In this document: positions 8,525 through 17,814 of the stretch, in pieces | Numbering within the stretch: the first letter of the stretch is position 1 | How the letters are laid out: the number at the start of each line of letters is the position of its first letter | Source: Clostridia bacterium | Lineage (GTDB): Bacteria > Bacillota > Clostridia > JAAYHZ01 | Assembly: GCA_050950825.1 (NCBI GenBank) | Contig: JBMNIH010000004.1 | Span: 352,001 to 416,000, forward strand | Direction: 5' to 3' | DNA: 64,000 bases | Notes under the pieces: generated by a model | What the model saw: the letters and a program-made list of their open reading frames with translations, nothing else | What the model was told of the DNA's origin: nothing | Database searches by the model: none | Made by a program: the position numbers and the translations under genes

Positions 8525-10066
8525 ATGTTAAAACCGGTTAAAAGGTCTTTAAGACAACTGTTAGGCGATGAATTTTCGGACCGATTAAAAGAGGGGGCGT
8601 TGTTTTTCGGTGAATTGACCGACCGAGAAACGGAATGTCTCTTGGAGGAAGAAGTGGATTTTTTACCGGATTCTTTTGTACGAAAAAATACGGAGCTTTT
8701 GGATCGCGTCGGTTCCAAAGTGATTTCGGAAATGAACAGCACGGAAGCCGGTGCCGCTACCGACTCCTTTCAAAAAGCGACGGACACGAAGGCTTCTCCG
8801 GTCGGAGGACTCGGCGTATTTCGATTGGGAGAGGACGGTAGACTCTATTTAATCTCAAAAAGCGAGCATTACCACGCTCCCTTAGGCCACGGCTTTCCGG
8901 GATACAAGCTGCTGGATAGGGCAAGTGCGCTGGGAATCGGGAACGCAACCCACAACAATACCCGAGGATATATTACACGACTGTCGGAAAGAGAACTGAT
9001 TCGGCATGCAAACGGTATAAAGAAAAGCGATGAGAAGACATTGGAGCGAGTTCTTACGAGCCGAGAGGAAAAGGTCTTAAACCGAGTCATTAACCTTCAA
9101 ACCGGAAGCTTAGCGGCGGAAGCGGGCATTAAAATGATGTTGGCAAGGTTCTATTCCTTGGATAAAACCTTTCCGCTGCCGAAATACGAAGACCGAATAC
9201 CGGTTTTTTTGGTTATGGGCGACTACGAGGGCGGAGGTACCGCCAACTACCACGGTACCACGATTTTTGCCCAAACCTTGCGCGACATGTGGCCCGGCCT
9301 GTACAATAAAATGGAAAAGGCCGGCATTATGAAAGTGTGTACCGTAAACATTAACGATATTGATGATTTAAAAAGAAAAATAGAGCGTTACAATCGTCCT
9401 CCGTATAAGACGGCAGGATTTTTACACGAAATCATACTGATGAACTACGGAGCCATACGATTGGAAAAAGATTTTTTGCGGCAAGCTTACTCTCTTTGCA
9501 AAGAATACGACACGCCGGTGATGGTGGATGAAATACAATCCTGCATGTGGTACAAGGGAATGTTTTTATTCCGTCTGTATGAGCTGGACCCGGACTTTGT
9601 CATCGTCGGAAAAGGTTTTCCGGGAGGACGGTTCGCAGGGTCCAAAATCATTACCACTGCCCCCATGGATTCTTTGAATCAATTCGGTGCATTGGTTACA
9701 AACGGCCAAGAAGAATTGACATCATTAGCGTATTTGATTACCATGGTCTTTGCCGAGGAAAACGAAGAACATATGGAAATGATCGGGGAGTATTATGAAA
9801 AAAGGCTTAATGAATTGGCAATAAAATACACGGAGCATATCAGAAGCATTGAAGGCTTAGGACTTTTACAAGGCATAACCTTTGACGATATTGAAAAAAC
9901 CGTTCGGTTCACCAAGTATCTTCAAAAAAGGTGCATCGACATTAGCGCACAAACATACAAAGCGTCATGTCCACCTACGGCTTTGACCAAGCTTCCCGTT
10001 ATATCCGTGAAAGAAACGGTGGATTACCTCATCGCCCGTATGGAGGAAAGCCTAAAAGCATTATAA
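8525..10066 (+). CDS. Class-III PLP-dependent aminotransferase
   Basis: VMVDEIQS and PDFVIVGKGFPGG (PLP lysine), LGHG, TGSLAAEAGIK, YHG, GLGLLQG. Start uncertain (8516/8525). Confidence 0.85.
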   Translation: MLKPVKRSLRQLLGDEFSDRLKEGALFFGELTDRETECLLEEEVDFLPDSFVRKNTELLDRVGSKVISEMNSTEAGAATDSFQKATDTKASPVGGLGVFRLGEDGRLYLISKSEHYHAPLGHGFPGYKLLDRASALGIGNATHNNTRGYITRLSERELIRHANGIKKSDEKTLERVLTSREEKVLNRVINLQTGSLAAEAGIKMMLARFYSLDKTFPLPKYEDRIPVFLVMGDYEGGGTANYHGTTIFAQTLRDMWPGLYNKMEKAGIMKVCTVNINDIDDLKRKIERYNRPPYKTAGFLHEIILMNYGAIRLEKDFLRQAYSLCKEYDTPVMVDEIQSCMWYKGMFLFRLYELDPDFVIVGKGFPGGRFAGSKIITTAPMDSLNQFGALVTNGQEELTSLAYLITMVFAEENEEHMEMIGEYYEKRLNELAIKYTEHIRSIEGLGLLQGITFDDIEKTVRFTKYLQKRCIDISAQTYKASCPPTALTKLPVISVKETVDYLIARMEESLKAL

Positions 10067-10092
10067 AGACAAGAAAGAAGGGAGGATTGGTT

Positions 10093-11295
10093 ATGGGTAT
10101 AAAGGTCGGTGTGGTAGGCTGCGGAAGCTTTTCTAAAAGCTTTATCCGCTTGTTTCAAGCCCATCCCTATGTGGAGAAAGTCGTTTTGTGCGACTTGGAT
10201 GAGAGCAAACTAAAGGAACGGGGAGCGGAGACCGGGATTACGGATTTTTCTCCTTCTTTGGATCGGTTGTTGGAAACCGATGTGGACGCCGTCGCCCTTT
10301 TTACGCAAAATTGGCTTCACGGTCCTCAAGCAAAAAAGGCGCTGATGAAGGGAAAACACGTGTATTCCGCCGTGCCGATGGGTATCACCTTTGAAGAAAT
10401 AAAAGATATCGTGGAAGCGGTCGAGAAGACCGGTAATATCTACATGATGGGCGAGACCAGCTATTATTACCCGGACGTTATCTATTGTCGAAACCGATTT
10501 CTAGAGGGAGCTTTCGGCGATACGGTCTATACCGAATGTGAATACTACCATGATTGGGATCACGGGTCGTATGATGTCATGAAACGAAGAGGCGGTGCGA
10601 ACTGGAAGCAGACGGCGGGAAGCCCGCCCATGCATTATTGCACCCATTCGGTAAGCTGCTTCGTTTCGGTAACAAATGCATATTTAACCAAAGTATCCTG
10701 TTTCGGTTTTGTGGATAAGAACAGGGACGGTTATGATCTGTACGGAGAAGGCAAGAACCTATGGAACAATTCTTTCAGTAACGAATCGGCGCTGTTTTAT
10801 GCATCGGACGGATCCATCGTCCGGGTGAACGAGTTCCGAAGGATCGGATATCCCGGTGCCGTAAGAGTGAGTATGTACGGAACCGAAGGATCCTTTGAAA
10901 ACCGTAGCTCCGAAGGATCGAAAAAAGGCTGTGTTTGGCTTACGAAAAATCGGGAAGAAACGGTATGCTTGGATGATTTGTTGGAATGTGCGCCCCGATA
11001 TTTGACGGATGATCCGGCGGTCATTCGAGATGAAAAGCCTGTGAATTTCGCGAAAATTCAGCCGACGGATCAATTGCCGGATTCACTTAAAAAGATCAAT
11101 TCGGGTCACTTTATGTCGCATAATTTTCTCATTCATGAATTTGTTCACGCTTGTTACTACAAGACCATGCCGAAAAATAACGCATGGATGGCGGCTCGAT
11201 ACACCATCCCCGGAATTATTGCCCACGAATCGGCAGTGAAATTCGGCCAAATGCTTACGATACCGGATTTGGGTTGTCCGAAAGAATACAGATGA
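10093..11295 (+). CDS. Gfo/Idh/MocA oxidoreductase
   Basis: IKVGVVGCG, KGKHVYSAVP, YMMGETSYY, EYYHD, YCTHS. RBS GGAGG before ATG 10093. Confidence 0.85.
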   Translation: MGIKVGVVGCGSFSKSFIRLFQAHPYVEKVVLCDLDESKLKERGAETGITDFSPSLDRLLETDVDAVALFTQNWLHGPQAKKALMKGKHVYSAVPMGITFEEIKDIVEAVEKTGNIYMMGETSYYYPDVIYCRNRFLEGAFGDTVYTECEYYHDWDHGSYDVMKRRGGANWKQTAGSPPMHYCTHSVSCFVSVTNAYLTKVSCFGFVDKNRDGYDLYGEGKNLWNNSFSNESALFYASDGSIVRVNEFRRIGYPGAVRVSMYGTEGSFENRSSEGSKKGCVWLTKNREETVCLDDLLECAPRYLTDDPAVIRDEKPVNFAKIQPTDQLPDSLKKINSGHFMSHNFLIHEFVHACYYKTMPKNNAWMAARYTIPGIIAHESAVKFGQMLTIPDLGCPKEYR

Positions 11296-11314
11296 AGGGG
11301 AATGAAGAAAGGAT

Positions 11315-12406
11315 ATGGAAAGCAAAAAGATTACCTTGAGCGATATTGCAAAGATAGCCGGCGTCACTATCGGTACCGTAGACAGAGCTATGCATAATCG
11401 TCCGGGTATCAGCGAAGAAACGAGAAAAAGAATATTGGAAATTGCAAAAAAATACAATTACAGGCCGGATTTAATCGGAAGAAGCTTGTCCATGAAGGGG
11501 AAGAAGATAAAAATCGGTGTGCTTTTAAGAAGTAATCCGTCTTTTTTCTGGGATCACGTTGCAGGCGGTATTCGCGCCGCAGCAAAAGAGGTGGAGGTAT
11601 TCGGCGTCGAACCGATCATAGAGTTTTATCAAATTCCGAAGGATTTTACCGATGATGATTATGTAAATGCATGCAGAGATAAGCTAAGAAAATTCGCGGA
11701 GGATAAGAATAACGCATGCATTGTTGTACCGCTCCATCTTCGCAGCTGTTTGGAGGATATCAATTATTTGACGGAAAAAGAGATCCCCACGGTAACGTTA
11801 AACGACGATATAGAGGACAGCAAAAGAATATTTCATATCGGCCCGGATAACTACCAATCCGGACGTCTGGCCGCCCAATTGGCCGGAGATTTTCTGGCAG
11901 GGAAAGGAAGGGTGTTGTTGTACACGGCCGGGTATTCCTCCTACGGCTACTACTATAGAAAAGTCGGGTTTATGGATAAAATGAGGGAGTCTTTTCCGTC
12001 AATCCAAGTGGTAGAAAGGAATAACAAAACCATTGAAGAAGCGTTTTTCGGAGAAGACATCGATATTCGCTCCTTTGATCTTGTTTGCAACGTTGATGGA
12101 GATACCGTATCGAAGGGTGTAGATCTTTTGGTGCAAAGCAATGATATCCGAAGAATGAAGTATATCGGGTTCGAAATCAATGACCAAGCCAAAGAATATT
12201 TGTCGAAGGGCTTGATTCAGGGTATCATCAGCCAAGACGGTTTTTCTCAAGGATATTTTGCCATGCGAATGCTATGCGAATCTTTAATCTTTGGTAAAAA
12301 GCCGAAATATGATACTATGTATGTAAGAATCGATATCATTTTAAAAGAAAATATGATTATCAATGACCGGATTGTGAACCCGTACTTCATGGGGATTAGT
12401 GTATAA
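11315..12406 (+). CDS. LacI-family transcriptional regulator
   Basis: N-terminal HTH TLSDIAKIAGVTIGTVDRAMHNRPGIS followed by a sugar-binding domain (IGPDNYQSGRLAA). Confidence 0.92.
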   Translation: MESKKITLSDIAKIAGVTIGTVDRAMHNRPGISEETRKRILEIAKKYNYRPDLIGRSLSMKGKKIKIGVLLRSNPSFFWDHVAGGIRAAAKEVEVFGVEPIIEFYQIPKDFTDDDYVNACRDKLRKFAEDKNNACIVVPLHLRSCLEDINYLTEKEIPTVTLNDDIEDSKRIFHIGPDNYQSGRLAAQLAGDFLAGKGRVLLYTAGYSSYGYYYRKVGFMDKMRESFPSIQVVERNNKTIEEAFFGEDIDIRSFDLVCNVDGDTVSKGVDLLVQSNDIRRMKYIGFEINDQAKEYLSKGLIQGIISQDGFSQGYFAMRMLCESLIFGKKPKYDTMYVRIDIILKENMIINDRIVNPYFMGISV

Positions 12407-12423
12407 AAAGGAAGGATTCGAAT

Positions 12424-13563
12424 ATGGAAGTTTTTAATGTAGGAATTTTGGGTTTTGGTTTTATGGGGAAAATGCATGCATACGGGTACAAGACCATACC
12501 CTTATACTACGGAGGGCTGCCTTGGAAAACAAAGCTGTGCGGTGTGTGCACATCATCGCCTGCGACGGCGCAGATTGCCAAAGAAGCCATGGATTTTGAG
12601 TTCGCCACGGTGAACCCCGACGATATTATAAACAGAGAAGATATTCATATCATTAACGTGTGCACCCCGAATATTTATCATAAAGATGTCATCATAAAAG
12701 CGTTGAAGGCGGGAAAGCACATTTACTGCGACAAGCCTTTGGCAATCAACTATGAAGAAGCGCAGGAAATCGTGAAGGTGATGAAGGAGAACAAGGACAA
12801 AGGATCCGTTTGCCAAGTCGTCTTTCAAAATCGATTTTTCCCTGCCACATTAAAAGCAAAGGAATTGATCGAAGAGGGGCGATTGGGAAACGTTTTGACT
12901 TTCCGGGCTTCCTACCTTCATTCCGGATCCGTCGACCCTATAAAGCCTATCGGATGGAAGCAGGATAAGGACATCGGCGGCGGAGGCGTGCTGCTGGATT
13001 TGGGTTCTCATATTCTTGACCTGATCTACTACTTGTTAGGTGAGTATCGGTCGGTGTTTGCCAAAACGCAAGTTTTGTATCCGAAAAGACCGGATAAAAA
13101 AGGCGTATGGATTGATATCTCGGCGGAGGATGCCGTATATATGGTGGTGAAAATGAAAAACAACGGCATCGGTACCATAGAAGCTTCGAAGATTGCGACG
13201 GGAACCGACGACGAGCTGCGTTTTGAGATACACGGAGACAAGGGTGCTCTACGGTTCAATTTGATGAACCCGAATTATCTTGAGTTTTACGATAACACCG
13301 CACCGGAAGGCCCTTACGGAGGTATGAGGGGATTTACGAGGATCGAGTGCGTTCAGCGATTTCCGAAGCCGGGAGGAGCATTCCCAAGTCCGAAGGCGTC
13401 CATCGGCTGGATGAGAGCGCATGTTCACTGTCTTTACAGCTTTTTGGACAGTGTGTATAACAAGAAGCAAGCTTATCCTTCCTTTGAAGACGGAGCCTAT
13501 ATTCAATACGTCATGGAAAAAGCGTACGAATCCGACGAGAAACAGTGTTGGACGGAGATATGA
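12424..13563 (+). CDS. Gfo/Idh/MocA oxidoreductase (inositol/sugar dehydrogenase-like)
   Basis: GILGFGFMGKMH, AGKHIYCDKPLA, GGGVLLDLGSH. Confidence 0.88.
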   Translation: MEVFNVGILGFGFMGKMHAYGYKTIPLYYGGLPWKTKLCGVCTSSPATAQIAKEAMDFEFATVNPDDIINREDIHIINVCTPNIYHKDVIIKALKAGKHIYCDKPLAINYEEAQEIVKVMKENKDKGSVCQVVFQNRFFPATLKAKELIEEGRLGNVLTFRASYLHSGSVDPIKPIGWKQDKDIGGGGVLLDLGSHILDLIYYLLGEYRSVFAKTQVLYPKRPDKKGVWIDISAEDAVYMVVKMKNNGIGTIEASKIATGTDDELRFEIHGDKGALRFNLMNPNYLEFYDNTAPEGPYGGMRGFTRIECVQRFPKPGGAFPSPKASIGWMRAHVHCLYSFLDSVYNKKQAYPSFEDGAYIQYVMEKAYESDEKQCWTEI

Positions 13564-13574
13564 AAATATAAAGC

Positions 13575-13612
13575 AAAAAGAGGCTTACAAAGTACCGTTT
13601 GTAAGCCTTTTG
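13575..13612. terminator. Bidirectional intrinsic terminator
   Basis: AGGCTTACAAA-gtaccg-TTTGTAAGCCT with A and T tails, between convergent genes. Confidence 0.75.
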
Positions 13613-13655
13613 TGAAGGAGAGTATAGTGAAAAAATTATTATAATGAAAAGGAAG

Positions 13656-15473
13656 TTACATGCTTTCGATCCATTTGCCCGAGGCTTTGCGCATATCAAG
13701 CCCGGTTCTTTCCAAATAATTACGTATCTTCTCAAGCTCTAACGGCCTTTTGGTCTTTAGAGTGGTGGTCTTGATCAGATCCTCTTTTGTCATAATGAAA
13801 TAACGAATCATTTTGTATTGGGGAATGGTTTTGTTGATTTCTCGGATAGCTTCTTCAAAGCTTTTTGCCAATTCTTCTTCCGAAGGCAGATTGCCCGAGT
13901 AGTAGTCTTGGTCCACAACGATTTCCGCACAAATTTCCACGTTGCCGTCCGACGCTTTGTTTCCCCATACAAAAGAATCTTTTACTCCCGGAATTTTGTT
14001 AAGAAGCACTTCAAACTCCTCCGGAAACGCTTTTTTCCCATTGGCCAGAACGATCATAGACTTTGCACGGCCGGTTATCTTGATATACCCCTCTTCGTCG
14101 ATGATGCCTAAGTCTCCTGTTTTGAACCAACCGTTTTCGAATACCTCTTCGGTGGCTTCCGGGTTTTCGTAGTAACCCAACATAACGTTGTCTCCGCGAA
14201 CGATGATTTCCCCCATACCGTTTTCGTCCGGACTATCAATGGCAACTTCAATACCGCTCAAAGGATGACCGACGGTACCGGGTCTGTTGGCATAAACCTT
14301 GTTGCAGGAGACAACCGGAGATGTTTCGGTAAGGCCGTATCCTTCCAACAGGGTAATGCCGATTTTATCGAACCAAACGGTTACGGCAGGATCCAAAGGA
14401 GCGGCTCCGGATACCGCAAGCCTTAACGCGGGAGCGAATTTACTCCGAATGGATTTGAACAAAGGCTTGCGAAGGTCCAAGCCCATGGTTCTTAAAAGCT
14501 CGGACAGCGATATTAATGCGTTAACGAGTCGTTCTTTCCCGGCTTTTCGAATGCCTTCTTGCAGCCTTCGGAACATGACATCAAATATGGCGGGCACGGC
14601 TACCAACAGGCTGACGTTGTATTCTTGGAGATTTTTTGCAATATGCTTGATTCCGTCGCAATAGGCGATGCATGCCCCGGTATGAATCATATGGACCAAA
14701 CCGATGGTGTTTTCAAAGGTATGATGATAAGGCAGCAGCGATAAATGTACATCTCCCGGCAATACACGGATGCTTTGGGTAATGGCATTGATATTGCTTG
14801 CGATGTTTTTATGGGAGAGCATGACACCCTTGGCCATACTTGTGGTACCCGACGTAAAGAGCAAGATGGACATTTTTTCCCGATCAATTTCGGCCTCTAC
14901 AAAAGAGCGATCTCCCGAAGCCAGCAAATCTTTACCCGTTTCAATAAGATCGGGGATGGAGGTGAAGTTTTCGCCGTTTTCATCGCTTTGTTTTTCCATG
15001 GAAATATAATAGCGGATACTCGGTGCCCGATGTATTAAATCTTCAGCCATGGCTTGGTAAGACGGACTGTAAAAAATGGCTTCCGCTCTGCTTCGTATAA
15101 TTAAAGCTTCCACTTCGTTTACCGGAAGATGTTTATCGAGCGGTACGGCAATACCCACCCCGTTAACTACGGATAAATACGAAACGGCCCATTCGTAGCG
15201 ATTTTCACCGATAATGGCGATTCTTGCTTCTTTTAACCCCATATTGATTAATGCGGTTCCTAAAGCGTCTACATCGCTTTCCAGCTCCTCGTAAGTTTTC
15301 CCTGTAATATTTCCGCTTTTATCTTTAAAGCGAAATGCATACCGGTTTCCGTATTTTTGGGCGGCACCTTTTACGACTTCACGTAAATCTTGTATGTCAT
15401 CCGACCGATAATATTTTTCACCTTTTACGATTCTCCTACCTTCCGAATATGTTATTGCAGCGCTCTTTTGCAT
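13656..15473 (-). CDS. Long-chain fatty-acid--CoA ligase (AMP-binding family)
   Basis: LFTSGTT..AKGVMLSH, EGYGLTETSP, GWFKTGDLG, ITGRAK motifs. Start 15473 chosen for GGAGG spacing (alternative 15479). Confidence 0.9.
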   Translation of the reverse strand: MQKSAAITYSEGRRIVKGEKYYRSDDIQDLREVVKGAAQKYGNRYAFRFKDKSGNITGKTYEELESDVDALGTALINMGLKEARIAIIGENRYEWAVSYLSVVNGVGIAVPLDKHLPVNEVEALIIRSRAEAIFYSPSYQAMAEDLIHRAPSIRYYISMEKQSDENGENFTSIPDLIETGKDLLASGDRSFVEAEIDREKMSILLFTSGTTSMAKGVMLSHKNIASNINAITQSIRVLPGDVHLSLLPYHHTFENTIGLVHMIHTGACIAYCDGIKHIAKNLQEYNVSLLVAVPAIFDVMFRRLQEGIRKAGKERLVNALISLSELLRTMGLDLRKPLFKSIRSKFAPALRLAVSGAAPLDPAVTVWFDKIGITLLEGYGLTETSPVVSCNKVYANRPGTVGHPLSGIEVAIDSPDENGMGEIIVRGDNVMLGYYENPEATEEVFENGWFKTGDLGIIDEEGYIKITGRAKSMIVLANGKKAFPEEFEVLLNKIPGVKDSFVWGNKASDGNVEICAEIVVDQDYYSGNLPSEEELAKSFEEAIREINKTIPQYKMIRYFIMTKEDLIKTTTLKTKRPLELEKIRNYLERTGLDMRKASGKWIESM

Positions 15474-15748
15474 TTCCATCCTCCCGATAATATAACATGG
15501 TATTATTACCTGGTATTATTACTAAGAATTATATACTAATAATATGTCGGTTTCAAGTATTTTTTTACTTTTGGATTTGACTTTTCTTTATTATTTGATA
15601 CAAGCACAGGAATGATGCAAAATGTCGTAAGACATGTCGCAGATCGTTTTTTTCGATAAGAAATGGGGAGAAGATAAAAAAGGGAGGAATCGTTTTTTTT
15701 TGTTCCATCCCTTTTTTGGGTTATGTAAAGCAAAAGACTCCAATGCAT

Positions 15749-16702
15749 TTATAATGATTTTCGGCCTGATATCCAAGTCTTTACTTTTTCTGCTATTTTT
15801 AAATAGGTCAATTTTTGCGCTTCGATTGTAGCACCGCCAATATGGGGTGTGATGACGAGGTTTTGATGCCGGCGGGCATATTCGACAAGGGGCGTATCCT
15901 TGATATTCCTTAAGGTTTCATCCGCAATGACATCAATACCTGCACCGCCGATTTTGCCACAAATCAGTCCTTCCACGAAGGCATCTTCGTCTATAACGGC
16001 TCCGCGAGCGGTATTGATGATGATAACGCCGTCTTTCATCCTATTTATTTCGTCTCTTCCGATCATTCCTTTTGTTTCTTCGTTAAGATGAACATGGACG
16101 GATATGACGTCCGAACGTTTTAGCAATTCGTCCAAAGAAACCGGTTCCGCGTACCGTACATCGATTTGTTTATAAGGGTCGACGGCCAATACCTTCATAC
16201 CCAGAGCATTGCCGTATCGTGCCATGATCTCGCCTAATCTTCCGTAGCCGATAATCCCTAACGTTTTACCGAATAACGTGTTGCCTCGATAATCTTCTCG
16301 GCTCCATCGGCCTTCCTTTACGGCATCAAATGCAAAAGGGATTCGCCTTACCACCGACAGCAATCCTAATGCAAGCTCCGCCGTGGAAGGAATGTTTTTT
16401 AGAAAATCGATATCGTTTTTAATGGACAATACGGCTATGCCGTTTGCTTCGGCGGTTTTCAAATCGATATGATCCGTTCCGGTGGTGGGTGTAGCAATCA
16501 GTTTCAGGTTTTTCGCTTTTTTCAATATATTCTTATCGATGTTTACCGAAAGATTCGGAAGAAATATCCGGTATTTTTCGATATTGGCGAGAATCTCTTG
16601 GTAATCCCAATCCGCATAGTCTACGGTTCCTATGCTTTCCAGTACCGCTTTTGCTTCCATTGCAAAGTCGGGCATGCCGTTACACAGAATTTTTATCTCC
16701 AT
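15749..16702 (-). CDS. D-isomer-specific 2-hydroxyacid dehydrogenase (SerA-like catalytic core)
   Basis: GIIGYGRLG, IINTARG, GIDV, ITPHIGG. Confidence 0.88.
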   Translation of the reverse strand: MEIKILCNGMPDFAMEAKAVLESIGTVDYADWDYQEILANIEKYRIFLPNLSVNIDKNILKKAKNLKLIATPTTGTDHIDLKTAEANGIAVLSIKNDIDFLKNIPSTAELALGLLSVVRRIPFAFDAVKEGRWSREDYRGNTLFGKTLGIIGYGRLGEIMARYGNALGMKVLAVDPYKQIDVRYAEPVSLDELLKRSDVISVHVHLNEETKGMIGRDEINRMKDGVIIINTARGAVIDEDAFVEGLICGKIGGAGIDVIADETLRNIKDTPLVEYARRHQNLVITPHIGGATIEAQKLTYLKIAEKVKTWISGRKSL

Positions 16703-16764
16703 TCATTCACCTTCATTTCACATTTCGCGGGGACGGTTCTCATATTATTGCAAAAGAAAGGATA

Positions 16765-16802
16765 TGGGCATGTTTGTCATTTCTTTGGAATAAACATGCC
16801 CA
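16765..16802 (-). other. Stem-loop 3' of the second SBP gene
   Basis: 11-bp stem TGGGCATGTTT...AAACATGCCCA starting about 10 nt after the SBP stop. Confidence 0.55.
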
Positions 16803-16812
16803 AAGCATTTGC

Positions 16813-17814
16813 TTAATTTAACGATGCGTAGTATTTAAACTCTTTTACCTCGTCCTTGTTCATAAACTCAACCAATTTTTCCAAACCGGCGGCATACAAT
16901 TGCTCGATGTATTGCTCCCATTCGGCGTCCCAATTGGCAATCTGTCCCTTGTTCATTCTGTCTATAAACTCGTTTCGAACTACCGTAATTTGAGGATCGA
17001 ATTCTTTGTTCAGAGCGTCGAATGCTTGGTATTGCTCCGGAGTCATCGTTGACGCATCAAAGAGCTTATCCGGTCGGATCCAGATGTCTTCGTTGTAGTA
17101 ACCTCCGTGATCTTCCCACCACGCAATCCATTGGACGATAAACGGAGTCCAGTTGCGGAACGCTATGGTGTCACCGATGAAGTTTTGGTTACCGAATTGT
17201 CCAAAGCCGGCCGAACCTAAACCTGCATATTTTTTCGGTATTGTGGCAGGGTCGTTATATACCAAAGGACTTTTGAAGGGTTCGCCGACCCATTTGTAGT
17301 GAACGTTCTCAATGCCGGCTTTGTATCTTAACCAGTTTTCTCCGAAATGGGAGTATTCCAAAAGCATAAGCAGCCTAATGAGTTTTGCATCCGGAATGTT
17401 GCCTACTACATACTCATAGAATCTCCATGCCATATTGGCATTTGGTTGGAATTTCCCATATTCACCTTGTGGAACGGTGATAACGAAAGTTGCGTCCGGA
17501 TCGGATTTGAGAAGTATGGATCCCGGAGGGAAGTTGGAGCCGTCGTTACCTAATACTCTGTCCGGATCCCATATGTTATTGTATCCGTTCATTCCCAAGC
17601 TTATGACATCCAGTAAAGCCAAGCCTTGCGGTAATTTTCGAATATATCCTTTTTCCTCCATCTCCGAGAAGAACCGCAAGTAATCTTTATACGGGGTATA
17701 TGCGTAGTAAGGAACATAGTCACCGGTAACAGGGTCCGTGTAGTAATTAGCGGTACTGTTCGAGCTGACGCCGAACATCCAAGATAATGCGTTGTAATCT
17801 TGGGTAGACGGCCA
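16813..17814 (-). pseudogene. 5'-truncated carbohydrate SBP (C-terminal ~330 aa only)
   Basis: Homologous to the C-terminal half of SBP 6682-8424 (TGDYVPYYAY vs TGDVVPYYAY; GIENVHYKW; GQIANWDAEW). No signal peptide or RBS; in-frame stop at 17827-17829. Confidence 0.75.

Noticed and set aside
15620-15645. Spo0A boxes (TGTCGTA, TGTCGCA) upstream of the acyl-CoA ligase
   Set aside because: Both mismatch TGNCGAA, and short matches are expected by chance.
6682-17814. Shufflon or invertible SBP C-terminal cassette (intact SBP on +, headless paralogue on -)
   Set aside because: The homologous segments (TGDxVPYYAY) differ at synonymous positions, so no DNA inverted repeat is visible. No recombinase is in the window, and the neighbouring GH-like gene is truncated at the same point, which fits a plain breakpoint.
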